A DNA stretch of 64,000 bases from Eukaryota sp. TZLM1-RC. Its lineage: Eukaryota > Protista > Metamonada: BaSk clade. The DNA is taken from contig JAUPSS010000007.1 in NCBI GenBank assembly GCA_040285825.1, positions 2,516,689 to 2,580,688 on the forward strand, written 5' to 3'. Shown piece after piece: positions 13,966-27,052 of the stretch; the stretch's first letter is position 1; each line of letters opens with the position of its first letter. The notes under the pieces are model-generated. The model was given only the letters and a program-made list of their open reading frames with translations. It did not search any database and was not told the DNA's origin. A program made the translations under genes and the position numbers.

Positions 13966-14446
13966 TGCCCAGATATGCTTCAAAATACTGATGTGTGGGC
14001 TTTATTGCAATAGCTTCTCTTATATTATTGAATAATATTGGGAATTTAATAATTTTGGTGAATTGAATTCAGAAGGCTTCAGAAAGTTATCAAATCTCTT
14101 CATTGTTATTTTTTTAAACTCTATTTTTTATTTTTTTAATTGAATGTGGTGAAAATTGGGAAAGAAAGTTGAATCAGTAAAAAAATTGCTTATTTCTATC
14201 AGCATTAACCTCTTCAATTTCGTTAACAATTTTTTGTACTGTTTTGCTGTGAATTTGGAAAACTCATCGAACAAATATTTTAAGGGTGTACTCCTTCACA
14301 GTATTTCAGGGTGTCTTGAGCTAATCTTTTTATTTGTTTTATTTTATTTGTTTTATTTTATTTATTATTTCACTTTTTTTATTCGTATCTTGTATCCAAA
14401 TAGGATTACACTGTTGAATCAAATATCCATACTAGACTCTTCGACG

Positions 14447-16126
14447 ATGCCTCCACGTCTCAGTAAACTATTCATTGTCTGCATCAATCCTAATGTCTCC
14501 AATATCGACCTAATAAAGTCTTTCTTCTTGTCCCAAAATGCCATTCTACGTGAAGTACCAACAAGAGACTCACTAGTTGTTCAGTTCTGCTCGACCTTCC
14601 AATCTTTCACCAGTAACATTCTCACTCTTTCCAATACAGCCACTCTCCTCAACTCTTCTTTGATCACAGCCCTCCTCCGTACCACTCCTTCCAGCTCTCC
14701 TCATCTCTCTTCTCTTCTTGAACTCATCAGATCCCGTCAGTCAATCTACTCTCTTTCTCTCCTTCACCACAAGGTTCTTCTGTCAGGTACACTTCCCCAA
14801 GATGATCACCGCAACCTTACCAAACTTTTGCCTTACTTTGGATGTTCAATTGTGAATGATAGTCCTACTTTGGTGGTGGCAAAATATGTCACGTCATTAG
14901 ACTCGTTATTCAACTGTCCAATAGTCTCGAGTTTTTTACTAAGTTATGTTCAAAATGAACCTCCTTTTAGTTTTTTCCCAGAAGATATTCCAAGAGATGT
15001 CATTTTGTTACCCTTTTCTAATTTTGTAATTTGTGTAAAATATTTGGGTAATTCAGAATCTAAAAAAAGAATTGATTCCATTGTGACCCTCAATGGGGGT
15101 CAGGTTGTTGAAGTTGCTGATGCAACGGCAACTCACGTGATTTTTGATCCCCAACTTCCAATCAATAAATCAATTTTTGATGAGGTTTCCCTTTTAAATA
15201 TACCAGTAATGTCTGTTAATTGGATTTTTAATAGAATTAAATTGCCAATTCCCAATGATGATGATTATATTCTCAATTTAAACAGTTTGGTCGCAGAAAT
15301 TAATCAAAATGATTGCGAATATGATTGCCCTGACAGTCATAAATCTCCAGATTCTTTAAAATTATTTAATGGATTGAACTTTTTATTGCACGGGTTTAGT
15401 GAAAATTTAAACCTTAAAGATCAGTTATCCGAACTAATCAGTCAAAATGGGGGTCATTTAGTCAATCAAAATCCTCTTGCTGACGTCACCGTGTGTTGGC
15501 ATGGCCATCAAGTCCCGAAAGGTCTTCGGTTTAATTGTCTTATTGTTTCTCCAGAATGGATTACAATCAGCTTATGGTTGAATGAAAAAATTGATGTTAA
15601 TTCTTTTGCAATTCTGAAACCTTTAAATTTGAAATTAAGCCATTTGGGTAGTTTGTATTCAAATAATGAACTTTTTTCATATGTCATTTCGCTTCGAGGG
15701 CAACTTTATCAACAATGTTTAGAGGCAAGTTGTGAAATTTTGAAGATAACTCTTGCTGACAGATTAAGTTCTTTGAATCTAACAAGGTTAAAATTTGTGA
15801 TTTTCGACTATGATTCTTCTGTGAGCCCTATTATCAGTGACAAGATTAAACGTAAACTCAAGGTTTGCTTATCGAAAAATTTAAAATTTTTGTCGTCGCA
15901 GTTTATTTCAGATTCTCTTAATGGAAACTATTGTCAACTCGATAATTATTTCATTGCCCCTGAATCTATTTCTAGAACTCTATCAAATGAAGGTACTTCA
16001 AATGATAGCTCTTTATTAGCAACGATTCTTCAGCAAAACCAATCAAATGTTCAACCAAATGATTTCTATGATTTAGACAGTCAGATCCAACCTCCAGTTT
16101 GTCCTAGGGTGGGTTATAAATATTAA
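14447..16126 (+). CDS. Multi-BRCT-domain protein (TopBP1/Dpb11-like)
   Basis: BRCT patterns LNGGQV..ATHVI..IPVMSVNWI and LFNGLNF..QNGG..IVSPEWI. First ATG is at 14447; the upstream part of the listed ORF is AT-rich noise. Confidence 0.75.
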   Translation: MPPRLSKLFIVCINPNVSNIDLIKSFFLSQNAILREVPTRDSLVVQFCSTFQSFTSNILTLSNTATLLNSSLITALLRTTPSSSPHLSSLLELIRSRQSIYSLSLLHHKVLLSGTLPQDDHRNLTKLLPYFGCSIVNDSPTLVVAKYVTSLDSLFNCPIVSSFLLSYVQNEPPFSFFPEDIPRDVILLPFSNFVICVKYLGNSESKKRIDSIVTLNGGQVVEVADATATHVIFDPQLPINKSIFDEVSLLNIPVMSVNWIFNRIKLPIPNDDDYILNLNSLVAEINQNDCEYDCPDSHKSPDSLKLFNGLNFLLHGFSENLNLKDQLSELISQNGGHLVNQNPLADVTVCWHGHQVPKGLRFNCLIVSPEWITISLWLNEKIDVNSFAILKPLNLKLSHLGSLYSNNELFSYVISLRGQLYQQCLEASCEILKITLADRLSSLNLTRLKFVIFDYDSSVSPIISDKIKRKLKVCLSKNLKFLSSQFISDSLNGNYCQLDNYFIAPESISRTLSNEGTSNDSSLLATILQQNQSNVQPNDFYDLDSQIQPPVCPRVGYKY

Positions 16127-16493
16127 TATAAGGAAGAATTTATTAGAAAAAGATTTGAAAAAGCTGTTATTATTGATTTGTACAAATAGTCAATTGCTTA
16201 AATTTATTTGAGTTTTTCATTTCATGCACACAGCTTATTGTTACTCGCTGTCCTGAATTTGAGATTTGTTTTTTGCTTTTCAACGTAGCCTTAGTTGTAA
16301 TTTAGGTTTAAAAGTTGTTGTTTCAAATATTACCATTCTCCAACCAACTTTTAGACTCTATCTTTATTTCGATAATTTAATTAAATAGTTGTAGAAATTG
16401 CTTTTCCATTCCACTTTTTCATTAATAAAATGTATAAAATACAGTAGTTTATTCAACAAAAAATTCAAAATTAATTAAAAAATTAATATCTCC

Positions 16494-19400
16494 TTAAATA
16501 TTCCACTTTTTCTTTAAATTTTTCAACCTATTACTTACTGCAATCGCCTGCTGTCCAACTTCTGGCGCCACTACTTGACCATCATCTAATTCTGCCAAAT
16601 CCCGCATTGTCTTACTGAGTAATCCATCTCTCCACTCCCTAGTGGCTGGGTTGGTAAAGCCATAGAGTTCATTAGCAGGCTGAGTTTTGGGATTGATGTC
16701 AGGGGCCAGGACCTTATTGCCATAATATGCCTTCATTGAAGCAGCAAGTATTCTCCAAACGCAAGTTTTTCCTGAACCAGCTGGACCCAATACAAAAACA
16801 GAATGTCGTACTTCAAGCAACTCTTTAAGCTGGACCACCTTTAATACAAAGAGATCACAATCTGATTGTAATCCTGCTTCGATACAGCATTGGCGAACAA
16901 CATCTTCAAACTTAACGTCTACCTTTCGTGGTAGATCCAATCCCGGGAATAAATCGCCGATAAGACCCATGAAAACCTCAACATCTTCAGTAATAATCTT
17001 GGGCAAATTAAAATCTCTTAAAGCCCTCATCAAAATGTTATCCTCTACAACATCTGGTTCAGCTCTCTTGAGAGAACCAGCCACCACCAAGACAGACTTG
17101 ATGGCACGAAGGCCCCAATCGTAGTGATGTTGTTTGGATAAAAGTTCCTTACAAAGGGAATACAGGGTGGTAAATTTCAAAGCCAAAAGTTTGGCAGATT
17201 CAAAACCCTCAGCCATGAGCATGATTTCAGCAATGATTTGGAAATCTGGAACAACCATAGAAACAGGTCTGAATAGAGATTTTACGTTTTCAGGAAGTTC
17301 AGTCCTACCCGCATAACCGGGATTCATTGTAATAAACACACCAACAGTTGGTTTAAGCTTGACATACTCGTCAAGTAACCAAAATTCGGGTTTGGATCCC
17401 CTAACTGCGTCGAGAATGGACTTGACTTGACTTGCGACGACTGACAAGACTTCAATGGAAATTCTATTAAATTCATCAAAGCAACCCCAAGAACCAGAAG
17501 CTGATAGTCCTTTGAATATATTACCAAGAGATTTAAAATTCATCTGTTCAGAACAATTAAAAACGTAAACCATCAATCCTAGAGCCCGACCCAAATCTTT
17601 TGTGGTTTCAGTCTTACCAGTACCAGCTGGCCCAGCAGGAGCACCTCCCATAAACAGCCATAGTGATTGGGTTAGAGTAATGTAACAACGATCTGTGAGC
17701 GGAGTAATAACCAATCTAGGTGTATTTCCTAAATATTCATAACTGTAACGGAATTGAGCATCACAAATGTCCGCGAAACAATCAGAACGTTGATCATCCC
17801 ACTTCAGGCGAAGTTGCTTCTGCCATTGGAAGTTATCGGGTGAATCTACTTTTTGGTCAATTAAATCAGCAACAACGTCTCTGGAATGTACCTCAATTGT
17901 ACATAGAGTGCAAATTTTCAGACGTGTTTGTTTATCTAAATTACCTTGAATTAACTTGATTAATTCAGTAATTTGCTTCTGTTGCATCTTGTTATAGTCA
18001 ATCAAAGCATCTTCGGAACCCTCTACGAGCTTTTGGAAGGCATAATTCACATCAGAAGTCCACCAAATTTGAGAACCAACAAGGCAAATCTGCGCAGGAT
18101 ACTCAAAGATCCACTTAGACCTTCTAGAAGCATCATAAGTGTTGACTGCTTCGTTTAGAATTGATTTTAAATTGCTCTGCATAGCTTCAACTACCCTATT
18201 GAGCCAGTTTTCCACCTGTCCAGAGAGAATAACTGGTTGAGAAAACTTAACGTACTCTCCATCCTTTGCATGCATCCCAATAGCAATACAATCAGAATCA
18301 TCATCACTTTCCTGGAAGTCAAGCTTTGCAATTGAGTCGAATATCTTCCCCATGTGGTGCTGGACTTGTTTTGGTCTTGTTCCCTTTGACAAAATATCCA
18401 ATAAATCAGCAGGAGAAATGAAATAAAAACGTGGAAATGCTCTTCGTTTTGTATCCAAATATTCATCCAAACTTTTTTGACACCTGTCAAGCTCACTGGC
18501 CATGTTTTCCAAAAATTCAAGGAAACCATCTGAGCAGCAACAGTCAATAACTGCAGGATTACGTGACACTTCCATGATTCTTGATCCCCAAGAATCATCA
18601 ATCACGTCGAACCGTTTAGCATCATCAGGCAGTTGTTCGCGAATGTCTTGTGAAAATTTGAAAATTGATTGTAAATGAGTCCATGTCTTTTGAACATCTA
18701 GCCAAGTACTAATAACAGAGTCTGTTGTGCCTAATGCATTCATCCATTGTTTGACTTTGTCAACAAAATGAGCAACATGTCTGGAAGAGGACATATTTTG
18801 AACCAAAACCATATCATTTTCGAGCTGCTCAACGACTTCATCAGAAACGGAAACCATCAAATAACCTTCCCGGTCGGCGTGAGGGTTAAATTCAAATACC
18901 AGATTTCTCCAAGTTTGTTCCAGAGCGGAAAGAGTATTTTCTATTTGTTCTTCTTTTCTCGCTTTCAAAATAATTTCAGAGACATCATCTGAGAACTTGT
19001 GCAACTCCAACTCTAACATATCTTCAAGAGTAAAATCATCAGAGATTTCAAATGACTTCTGGGCAAGTCTTGCAATTTCCTTCCAATGACGTTTCCTCAT
19101 CGAATCGTTTCTAAGGTCCGCAATGAGGGGCACGGTATTGAGGAAGTTGGTGACCAAGTCAGAGAGTCCTGAATAAGCATCATATGCACGGACTTCCTTT
19201 TTCAAACCACGTAAATCTTTATTAAAATTCTTAGTGGCCATTTCCATAACATCGGTGTTAATGTTACGCCATGAAGTAGTTTTCCATTGGTTGAGAGAAG
19301 AAGTAACAAGTGAATTCACGTCCCAAATAGTCTTTAATAATCTTAATTCATTTCTCAAGGAAGAAAGCTTGGTCAGGTCTGAAGCAGAAATGTCAAACAA

Positions 19401-22400
19401 TCGTTGCTCTTCTTTCAGAGAATCAGCAAGTTCTTCAAAAGATTGTAGTTCGACCTCAAACTGGTCTAGTAATTTGTAAGAATCCAATGCGCCATTTTCT
19501 GAAAATTTAGTAACAGAAGATGACTTGAATTTTTGCTTGAGCTCTCTGAAAGAATCATCAAAATCAACCATTCTTTCTTTAACTTTTAATACTTCAAGTT
19601 GCTTAAAAGGCGCTACTTTCTCGGAAACAATAATGGATAATTTTTTTAATTCGGAAAAATCATTTTTTAATTGATCAATTTCTTCAGTACTAGACGAAAC
19701 TCTGTCTGAGAAACCATTATTCTTTAAAATTAACAAAATTTCTTTTAGTGAAGTGAAATCAGATTCAAATTTATCGCAAGATTCATCAATATCAAGAATC
19801 CACCGCATAATGCTGCTTAAATCTTCAGAGCTGACAGATCCTTCTAAATCAGTATTAAAAACAATATTAGCGTCACCAATAAATTTTCTAATATATGCCA
19901 CTTCAGAAACTAATTTTTCAGACAAATGGTCAACATAGACAGAACTCCAACGATTAACTAGCTGAATTAAACAATGCTTACCTTTAGTAATGTCAATGGA
20001 GAGCCAGAATAAATCATCAGGGACGGAAATTAAGGAAGGACACTTGGATTTACAACACAATTCGGTTGGTAATTGTTCCAATGAACTTGCCAATTTACTA
20101 AAGTTCTTTAGTTTATCTTCAAATAAATCCAAACTAGGAGCTTGGGGGGTATATTCAGGCTGGTCTAGCTCCGCGTCATTTCTATCGACATTACCATGGA
20201 CCAAGAACCACTCAAGATCATCTTCAGGAGAAACCTTCCACAACCAAGAGTACTTATCGAATGACGCTTTAACTTTGGTAAGAAAAGATGAAGCGGATGA
20301 AATTGTTGATAGAATTTGGGATTTGCCTTCTTCTAAAAGAGAAGAATTGGTAACTTCTGCTGAATAATTAGTATTAGAACCATCAGGTTTAATTAAGAAT
20401 TCTGCTGATTTGAATATATTTGAAATAATCAACTCAAACACACTGACCAATGAAATTGAATCACTTTCATCACCGGGGGAAAAACAAGGAATTCTGCTAT
20501 CCAAATCAATAAAAAACTCAGGAACAACTAAGGGTGCCTCAGTTACATTGGGGTTAAATTGGTCTAATAAATGATTAAAAGAGAGCTGAATAATTTCAAT
20601 CAAATGCTGACCGATTAGATTGGAAACATATTCAAGATAGATACTCCAGGCCTGGGGGTCGACTTGCTGAGAAAATTTATCATTTTCCTTTCCCTTGATT
20701 GTCGACAATGTATCAGTTAATAACTCTGAAATTGATTGTGTAGTGTTGGTAATTGAAGGGAAAACATTTGTAATTTTGCTAATTAAGGTTTCAATTTCTT
20801 TTTCTGAAGTGATCCTGAAAATTTTACCTTTCTTCCTTGATAACATTGGTTTTTGTTTCAATTGGTCCATAAAACTATTAATCTTATCTTCATTTGCTAA
20901 TAACTTAGATACCAAAGACTTAAAATTAAAAGTCCTCTCCACAATTGATTGAATACTCGAAGCTGCAGACTCTGAAATCCAAGTAACTTCGTTTGATAAC
21001 ACCCCAATTTCATCAGAAATAGACTCAATTATTGGTTTAAAGACCTCAACGTCACATTGTCTAACCAGTTCAATTCCTGAGTTATAATTTCTCACTGCAT
21101 CATTCAAAGAGACCACCCAATGGCGATATTTGGAACTTTCTTCAAAGACTTGGAGAGCCTCTTCGGGTATTGGGAGATTCATGTACTGAAAGTATTTGAT
21201 TTCTCGTAATAATGCCACTAATTTTGGATCAAAATTGACAACCGTAAAACCAAAACCAAACTGTGAAACTTCTCCAAGGGGCTTTAGCAAGGGTGATTTG
21301 AGATTCAAAACAGCTTCTTTAGCAGCATTGTCAGCCCAGTCTTTGTAAACTTGGTTCTCGTGGTTGCTGATTAATTCAAGAAACTCATTGGCCCTTTTCA
21401 CCACTCTCCTTGCCTTAGAGTGACTTAAAATAGATGTGGAAACTTCTTGCTCTGAGGACCTTCTGCTGCCATCCTGGTTCCATTGTTTGAGCAGAGAGAG
21501 TGGTTCTTCGCATCTCTTCTTGAGCATCTTGGTCCAAAATAATTGTCCTGCAAAGGGAGGCATATTGTTATCTAATGGAGGATTGGCTTTGTTGTATGAG
21601 AAATGCGAATGAAGAGATTCAATTTCTTCTTCAAATAGTTCAAGGGCCTTTAAAAGCCTTGGAATGATAATATCCTTAATTTCAGGGCGACCTACTAAGC
21701 ATTTAAAGGTTTCAAAAACAGTCAAACCAGCAGTAATAGTGGTAGAAGAATCAAAAGTTTGGCTTATCAGTTTAGCCAATTCTAAAGTCCAATTCCCGGT
21801 GATCCTGGAAAATTCAGATAATTGAGCAGTGAAAGAATCATTAACACGAAAATCACAGGATAAAGGGTTGTACTGGTGATTGACGAAAATTTCAAGTATT
21901 GACAAGAGAGGATCAACTCCAGATCGTTGCCATTCACTGAGGAGTTGAGTGAATTCTTCAAAGATCTGCTTGACTCTTGTTGACCCTTCTGTTCCATTTT
22001 GAACTATTGCACCAACTTCAACTTTCTCCAACCTAGAGAACTGGGAAACTATAGTAATATAAGATTCAAGAGAGACGATTCTAGACCTAGCTTCTGATAA
22101 AGGGAGGGTAATAGATGAGGAGAAAGTCCAAGGTTCTAAATATGAATCAGTATTGATACTTTCCTTATCCAAAACACGTTCCCGAAGCAAATCTTTTTCT
22201 GCCAAAATTCTGTCTCCCAATATTTTCAAATAAAGTTTACAGTCTTGAAGAATCTTCAAGACTTCAGCAGAATCATTATTGAAAACATTACCCCCTTCAC
22301 AACCAGCTAAACTAGAAACTGCATAAATTAACCCAAACTGGATTCTTCCAAACAAACGAACTAATAAAACAACTGGCATTGAGAATTTGGAGGGAGAATT

Positions 22401-23425
22401 GGGGTTTTCGGCCTTCACTTTGCCAAAAGCAATACATAATTCCTCCCAGAATAGCCTCAATAATCTTGGAAATTTAACACAAAGACTAATGAGTTCCTCC
22501 TTAGATAAATCAGAAAAACTTTCAATCTTCTCAAAATATTGTCGCAGAGGTGACAGGGCAGTGACAAGTATTGAGCTCTTTTTGATTGCCATATCGACAT
22601 CATCAAGAAGTAGGGAGAAATATGACGTGTATTTTGAGCTATGTGACCCTAAGACGTCAGCCATCATTTTTGATTCTTCTGATTGTAATTGTGATTGGAT
22701 AAACTTCAAGTCATCAACAAGTGACACCCAATAATCAACTTCCTGTGTAAGACCAAAATTCGAAAAGTCTTCAAAAGTCTGATTAAAACCTTCCCCGTAC
22801 ACCAAGGCCACTTTTGCAGAAATAATCTTTCTCCATTGACCAACAGTTTCTTCTAGACGTTGTAGTTGACCTTGGTTAGATAGGTCTAGCTCTAGGGTTT
22901 CCATGGAAGGAATAAGTGAGGGGAGAAGGGTTTTTCCATTCACGGCGGAGAGGGCAGAGGAAGTAGAGGTAAGGAGACGATCAAAGTGAAGTTTGAGATC
23001 AGAGAGAACGACCTGTGGCCATGGAGATGAAGAATTATCAAACAGTGCAGGTTGTAGGAGAGAGGAGATTAGTGTGTTGAGGTGAGAGACGGGAGATTTG
23101 AGGGAGATGTCAAAGAAGGAGGCAGTGTTTTTGCTGCGGATGACAACAGTTCCTTTAGCAGATGGGTTGAAAAGAGGAGATGTTAAGGGGGGCTTGGTGC
23201 ATTGAAGTTCCCCAGAGGTATTTGTATAAAAAAGAAGAGAATCAGAAGGTGTAGTGGATGAGAGCAGGGCTGTTATAAGCTTCCTGGGATGAGTTGTAAC
23301 ATGTAATTTGCATACTGATTTGATGCATCTGTATAAAAGGTCGCCCAGGTGGATTCACGGAGGTTGAGTAGGTCAAGTACAGTACTACTGAGATCTGATA
23401 TGATACTTGGATCAACCTCGGTCAT
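16494..23425 (-). CDS. Axonemal outer-arm dynein beta-type heavy chain, N-terminal half only: join(23425..23316, 23283..16494), ~2,299 aa
   Basis: Tail and linker, AAA1 (EYLGNTPRLVITPLTDRCY, GPAGTGKTET, CFDEFNR) and AAA2 Walker A GPAGSGKT, then a stop. A 32-nt GTATG..ACTCATcccAG intron at 23284-23315 joins ATG 23425 in frame. Confidence 0.92.
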
Positions 23426-23489
23426 TGCAAATATGGTACAATGTTAAATAAGTTGACTGGATTCAAATTATAATGTTTATTTATTAAAC

Positions 23490-24225
23490 TTACACACTTA
23501 ACAAAATGAACTCATAACTAATGGGACGAAATTCATTGAACCAAGATTTCCTCTACAGAATCTTTATCTTCTTGCTGTCTCGATAAAGCTTCTCTAATTC
23601 GATTGAAAAACCGAGGCAATCTATTAATTATGGCAAATTGAATTCGAAAGCACCATAAAAAGATATCAAATCTTTTCATTGTTTTGTCTTGAACCATTTT
23701 TTGGAAATCATTCAAAAAAGTTCCTGCTTCTACTGATAGTCTTCCGTTTATTGAAAATGGGAGAGCAATAAAAACAAATGGTCTATTTCTATCAGCATTA
23801 GCTTCTCAATATCTTTGTCATATTTTCTATGTTTTTCTTTGGCTTTGAATTCAAGAGCTTTTACAGGATTAAGTTTTCTTTTTTGAACCAAAATGTCATT
23901 TGCAACAATACAGGAGACAAAGTCAACAACAGCTCCAGAGTTCTCAATCCAATCACAGTATACATCACCTCTGTCATAAGAACCTAAAAAAATATTCAAT
24001 GACAGTGTTTCTTTCAGCAGAGGCTCTTTAATGCACAAGTCTTGTAGTTCGTGCCATATTGAAAACAGTGTCTCTAACAGCATCATGTAATGAAGAACGA
24101 TAAATTATCAATTCCGAACAATTCAGAACATGACACAAAATGAGCTGTGGTGAATTCGAACAAATACATTTTTCTTTTAATAATAATTGGTTAATGGGAA
24201 TATTCAAATATAATCTCATTTGTTT
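23490..24225 (-). mobile_element. Non-LTR family A 3' fragment (knuckle + RLE endonuclease)
   Basis: MRLYLNIP..KCIC..H..C, HDAVRD, RGDVY..D; frameshifted. Confidence 0.88.
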
Positions 24226-24799
24226 TTACAAACGTGATAGATTCAAGCTAATTACAAAAAGACATCATCCTAACTAAACTTGGATAGTTTAATAAATGAC
24301 ATAATATATTCCATACTTCTCTTGTGTCTAGACCTCCTATTTGACTAAACATTCAATAATTTGAATTCATTTGGACATGCATTGATGTGAAATAACAATA
24401 TCGAGAACATGGCATTCGAATTTTAAGTGCTTTGTTCCAACTTGTTATCACATGTTTCAACACTGTTGTTGTCCACTGCTGAGGCTTTTGCCTCGGAATT
24501 GAAAAGACAATTATTTTGGAAAATGAAAAATACTTGAGAATTGGGGAAAAAAATCTTGAAATAGTTCATGCATTCAAACAAAAGTCCGCTCCAGCTCACC
24601 GAGTGAACTGAACACAATCTCTCATTTCCCAAAAAAATTCACTCTCATCACTCCCTCCTAAAGTTATTCTACATGATGATCAAGATTTCAATTCAATCCA
24701 TATCAATTGTTAGTCGTCAAATGGTGGAAATGATCCTTCATACATTAAAGAATGAGCGTAATTAGGTGCGACAAATGATAAATTTGGCTTTGGTTAGCA

Positions 24800-25744
24800 A
24801 GTATTATCATGACAGCTTTGATTGATTAAGCGAACATTTTCAGGATTTCTATTCATTATATTTACAACAATTGTACTTATTCTGCTCAAATTACCGCACA
24901 TAAAATTTTTACCATTAATGTCAATGGCCAGCAATGGCAGTATAGATTCCCTCAGTAATACGCACTGTCAGGTCGTCACAATACCAACATGTAAAACCAC
25001 TAATGGAAACAATATTAGTTCAACCTGGAACTTCGGTGATTTTGTTACTGAATGGAACATCATCATGAAGAAGCCCTTTGTTGAACCGCCAAACATTACC
25101 ATTAAGGTCAATAACAAATAAACAATCCCCATCAAAGAATAAAAACCCTGGAATGGTTGGCTGGGAGGGAAATACTTGCTAACATCTATCTTTGTGGTTT
25201 TAGAAGAGTATCAATGCAAGAACCATCTGGGTGATAATTTTCACAGTCTGTGATGACAAATAGAAATCACCATTTTCATTAATTGCTACCACAGAATAAC
25301 AGCATACAGAAATAAAAACATTTGTATTGAACCCCTCAATTAATTCAAGATTATTTACACAATCTGGTGCTATTTCCTCATTAATAACTGGACCTTCATG
25401 GCTCAAAACACATGACGAATGTTCACCACCATAAACATCCTAAATATCATATGGAATGTCTATCTCCTTCAGCGTAATTGATAACTCTTCTTCTCACATA
25501 TTTACACCAAAACAATCACAACCTCACCATACAACTTACCATCAGAGTAGAGGGCAAAGGAGTGAAGATGGCCCGCTGAAAGAACAATATTAGTTAATGG
25601 TAACCTGACTGGTGATTTGTTAATCCAAACTTGACAACCAAGAACTTGCCAGTCAGCACTATAACCCCAACCATAAACCTCACCAGAATAGGAGAGAAGA
25701 AGGTTATGGTGATTACCAACAGAAATGGACTGAACCCCAACCAT
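24800..25744 (-). pseudogene. Degenerate RCC1-repeat protein
   Basis: ISVGNHHNLLLSYSGEVYGWG and SAGHLHSFAL..DGKLYG repeats, broken by frameshifts and stops. Confidence 0.7.
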
Positions 25745-25789
25745 TTTGTCTGATTGTGAAATTATGCTGATTCTTGGTTATTTGAAGAA

Positions 25790-26057
25790 AATAATATTTA
25801 TTTATTTATTATTACTTATTTATTATTTATTATTTATTATTTATTATTTATTATTCATTATTTATTATTTATTATTTATTTTTTCTTTATTATTCATTAT
25901 TCATTATTCATTATTTATTATTTATTATTATTTATTATTTATTATTATTTATTATTTATTATTTATTATTCATTATTTATTATTATTTATTATTCATTAT
26001 TTATTATTATTATTATTATTATTTATTATTATTATTATTATTTATTTATTTATTTGA
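25790..26057. repeat. (TTA/TTAT)n low-complexity microsatellite
   Basis: Read directly from the sequence. Confidence 0.95.
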
Positions 26058-26232
26058 AGGTGATTCTTCCAGAATTTGAGGAGCCACGTTCTTTTTTTTT
26101 CCTTTTCTTTTTTAGAACACTCATCAAGCCCAATTATATTAGGTTCAAAGTCAAACACTAGAAAAATGGCGGAAGGGCTTGTACAGAGGTGATTGTGATG
26201 GTCTAGGCTGCTGTGTGTTAGAATTCATACAG

Positions 26233-26351
26233 TGTAATGTAACAGTAGTGTAATTTATTACGAAGAGGAATTGTATTCTCTCTTCTTAAACTAATAGGCG
26301 GAATACTCATAAACTATATAATTAAACTATGAATACTATTCAAGACTAACA
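26233..26351 (-). mobile_element. Solo LTR, family 1 (119 bp)
   Basis: Colinear match to 7059-7175 with TG..CA ends; no clear TSD. Confidence 0.88.
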
Positions 26352-27052
26352 ATTGTGTCTCATCCTGCTTGAACTGTCATATTTAAGTAAACAATAGTGG
26401 CTCAATAAATGCATTTCTTCTTGAAACTCTGCCGCATATGCAGATACAATGATGTTTCCAATAAATGTAGAATGGTAAATCACATAAATGACAACAACCT
26501 TGGATGTGTGCTTAAATCATTAATTTTTAATAATCAACTGATGTTGAACTATTTGATTGATCAGTATTGTTGTCTATATCTAAAATTTATTATTTAAACG
26601 CAAACAAACTAAACAAACTAAACAAACTAAACAAACAAAAAACTAGAACTCAATACCCTCAATAAACGTATAGACATCATCAAATCTCAACCGATTTTCG
26701 TATTCTATTCCTAATTGTAACAGGGCTTTGGATAGCATTTCGGGAATTGCTTTAAGTATAATGAAAACAAGTCTAGTGATAATGGAAAATCATTTTCCCA
26801 TTATCACGAATTTTTTGCCAAACTTTCCAATCAAAGCTATTTCTTGAAATGGAATCAAGCACAATTGGGCAATATGTGGTTTGATGTAGCCGTAACTGTT
26901 AATCTTTTGTTATGTGCAAAAAATTCAAAAATTTAATTTGAAAACAATGTTCTTCAAGTGTGACGATGAAACAACCTTGTTCAATGGGCCAAACATAATT
27001 AAAATACAAAACTGCTGATTGTGGTTTATTGACAACTGCACAGCTTAACAAC

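Noticed and set aside
16480-16538. Ordinary cis micro-intron rescuing the dynein frame
   Set aside because: AGs at +27 and +33 keep the same stop, those at +46 and +49 hit TAA within a few codons, and no dynein sequence follows.
25746-26057. 103-aa hydrophobic ORF
   Set aside because: It is the translation of a TTA/TTAT microsatellite.
7059-26351. One giant element bounded by the two family-1 LTRs
   Set aside because: The LTRs are diverged, there is no TSD support, and the 7059 LTR already belongs to the element extending leftwards.
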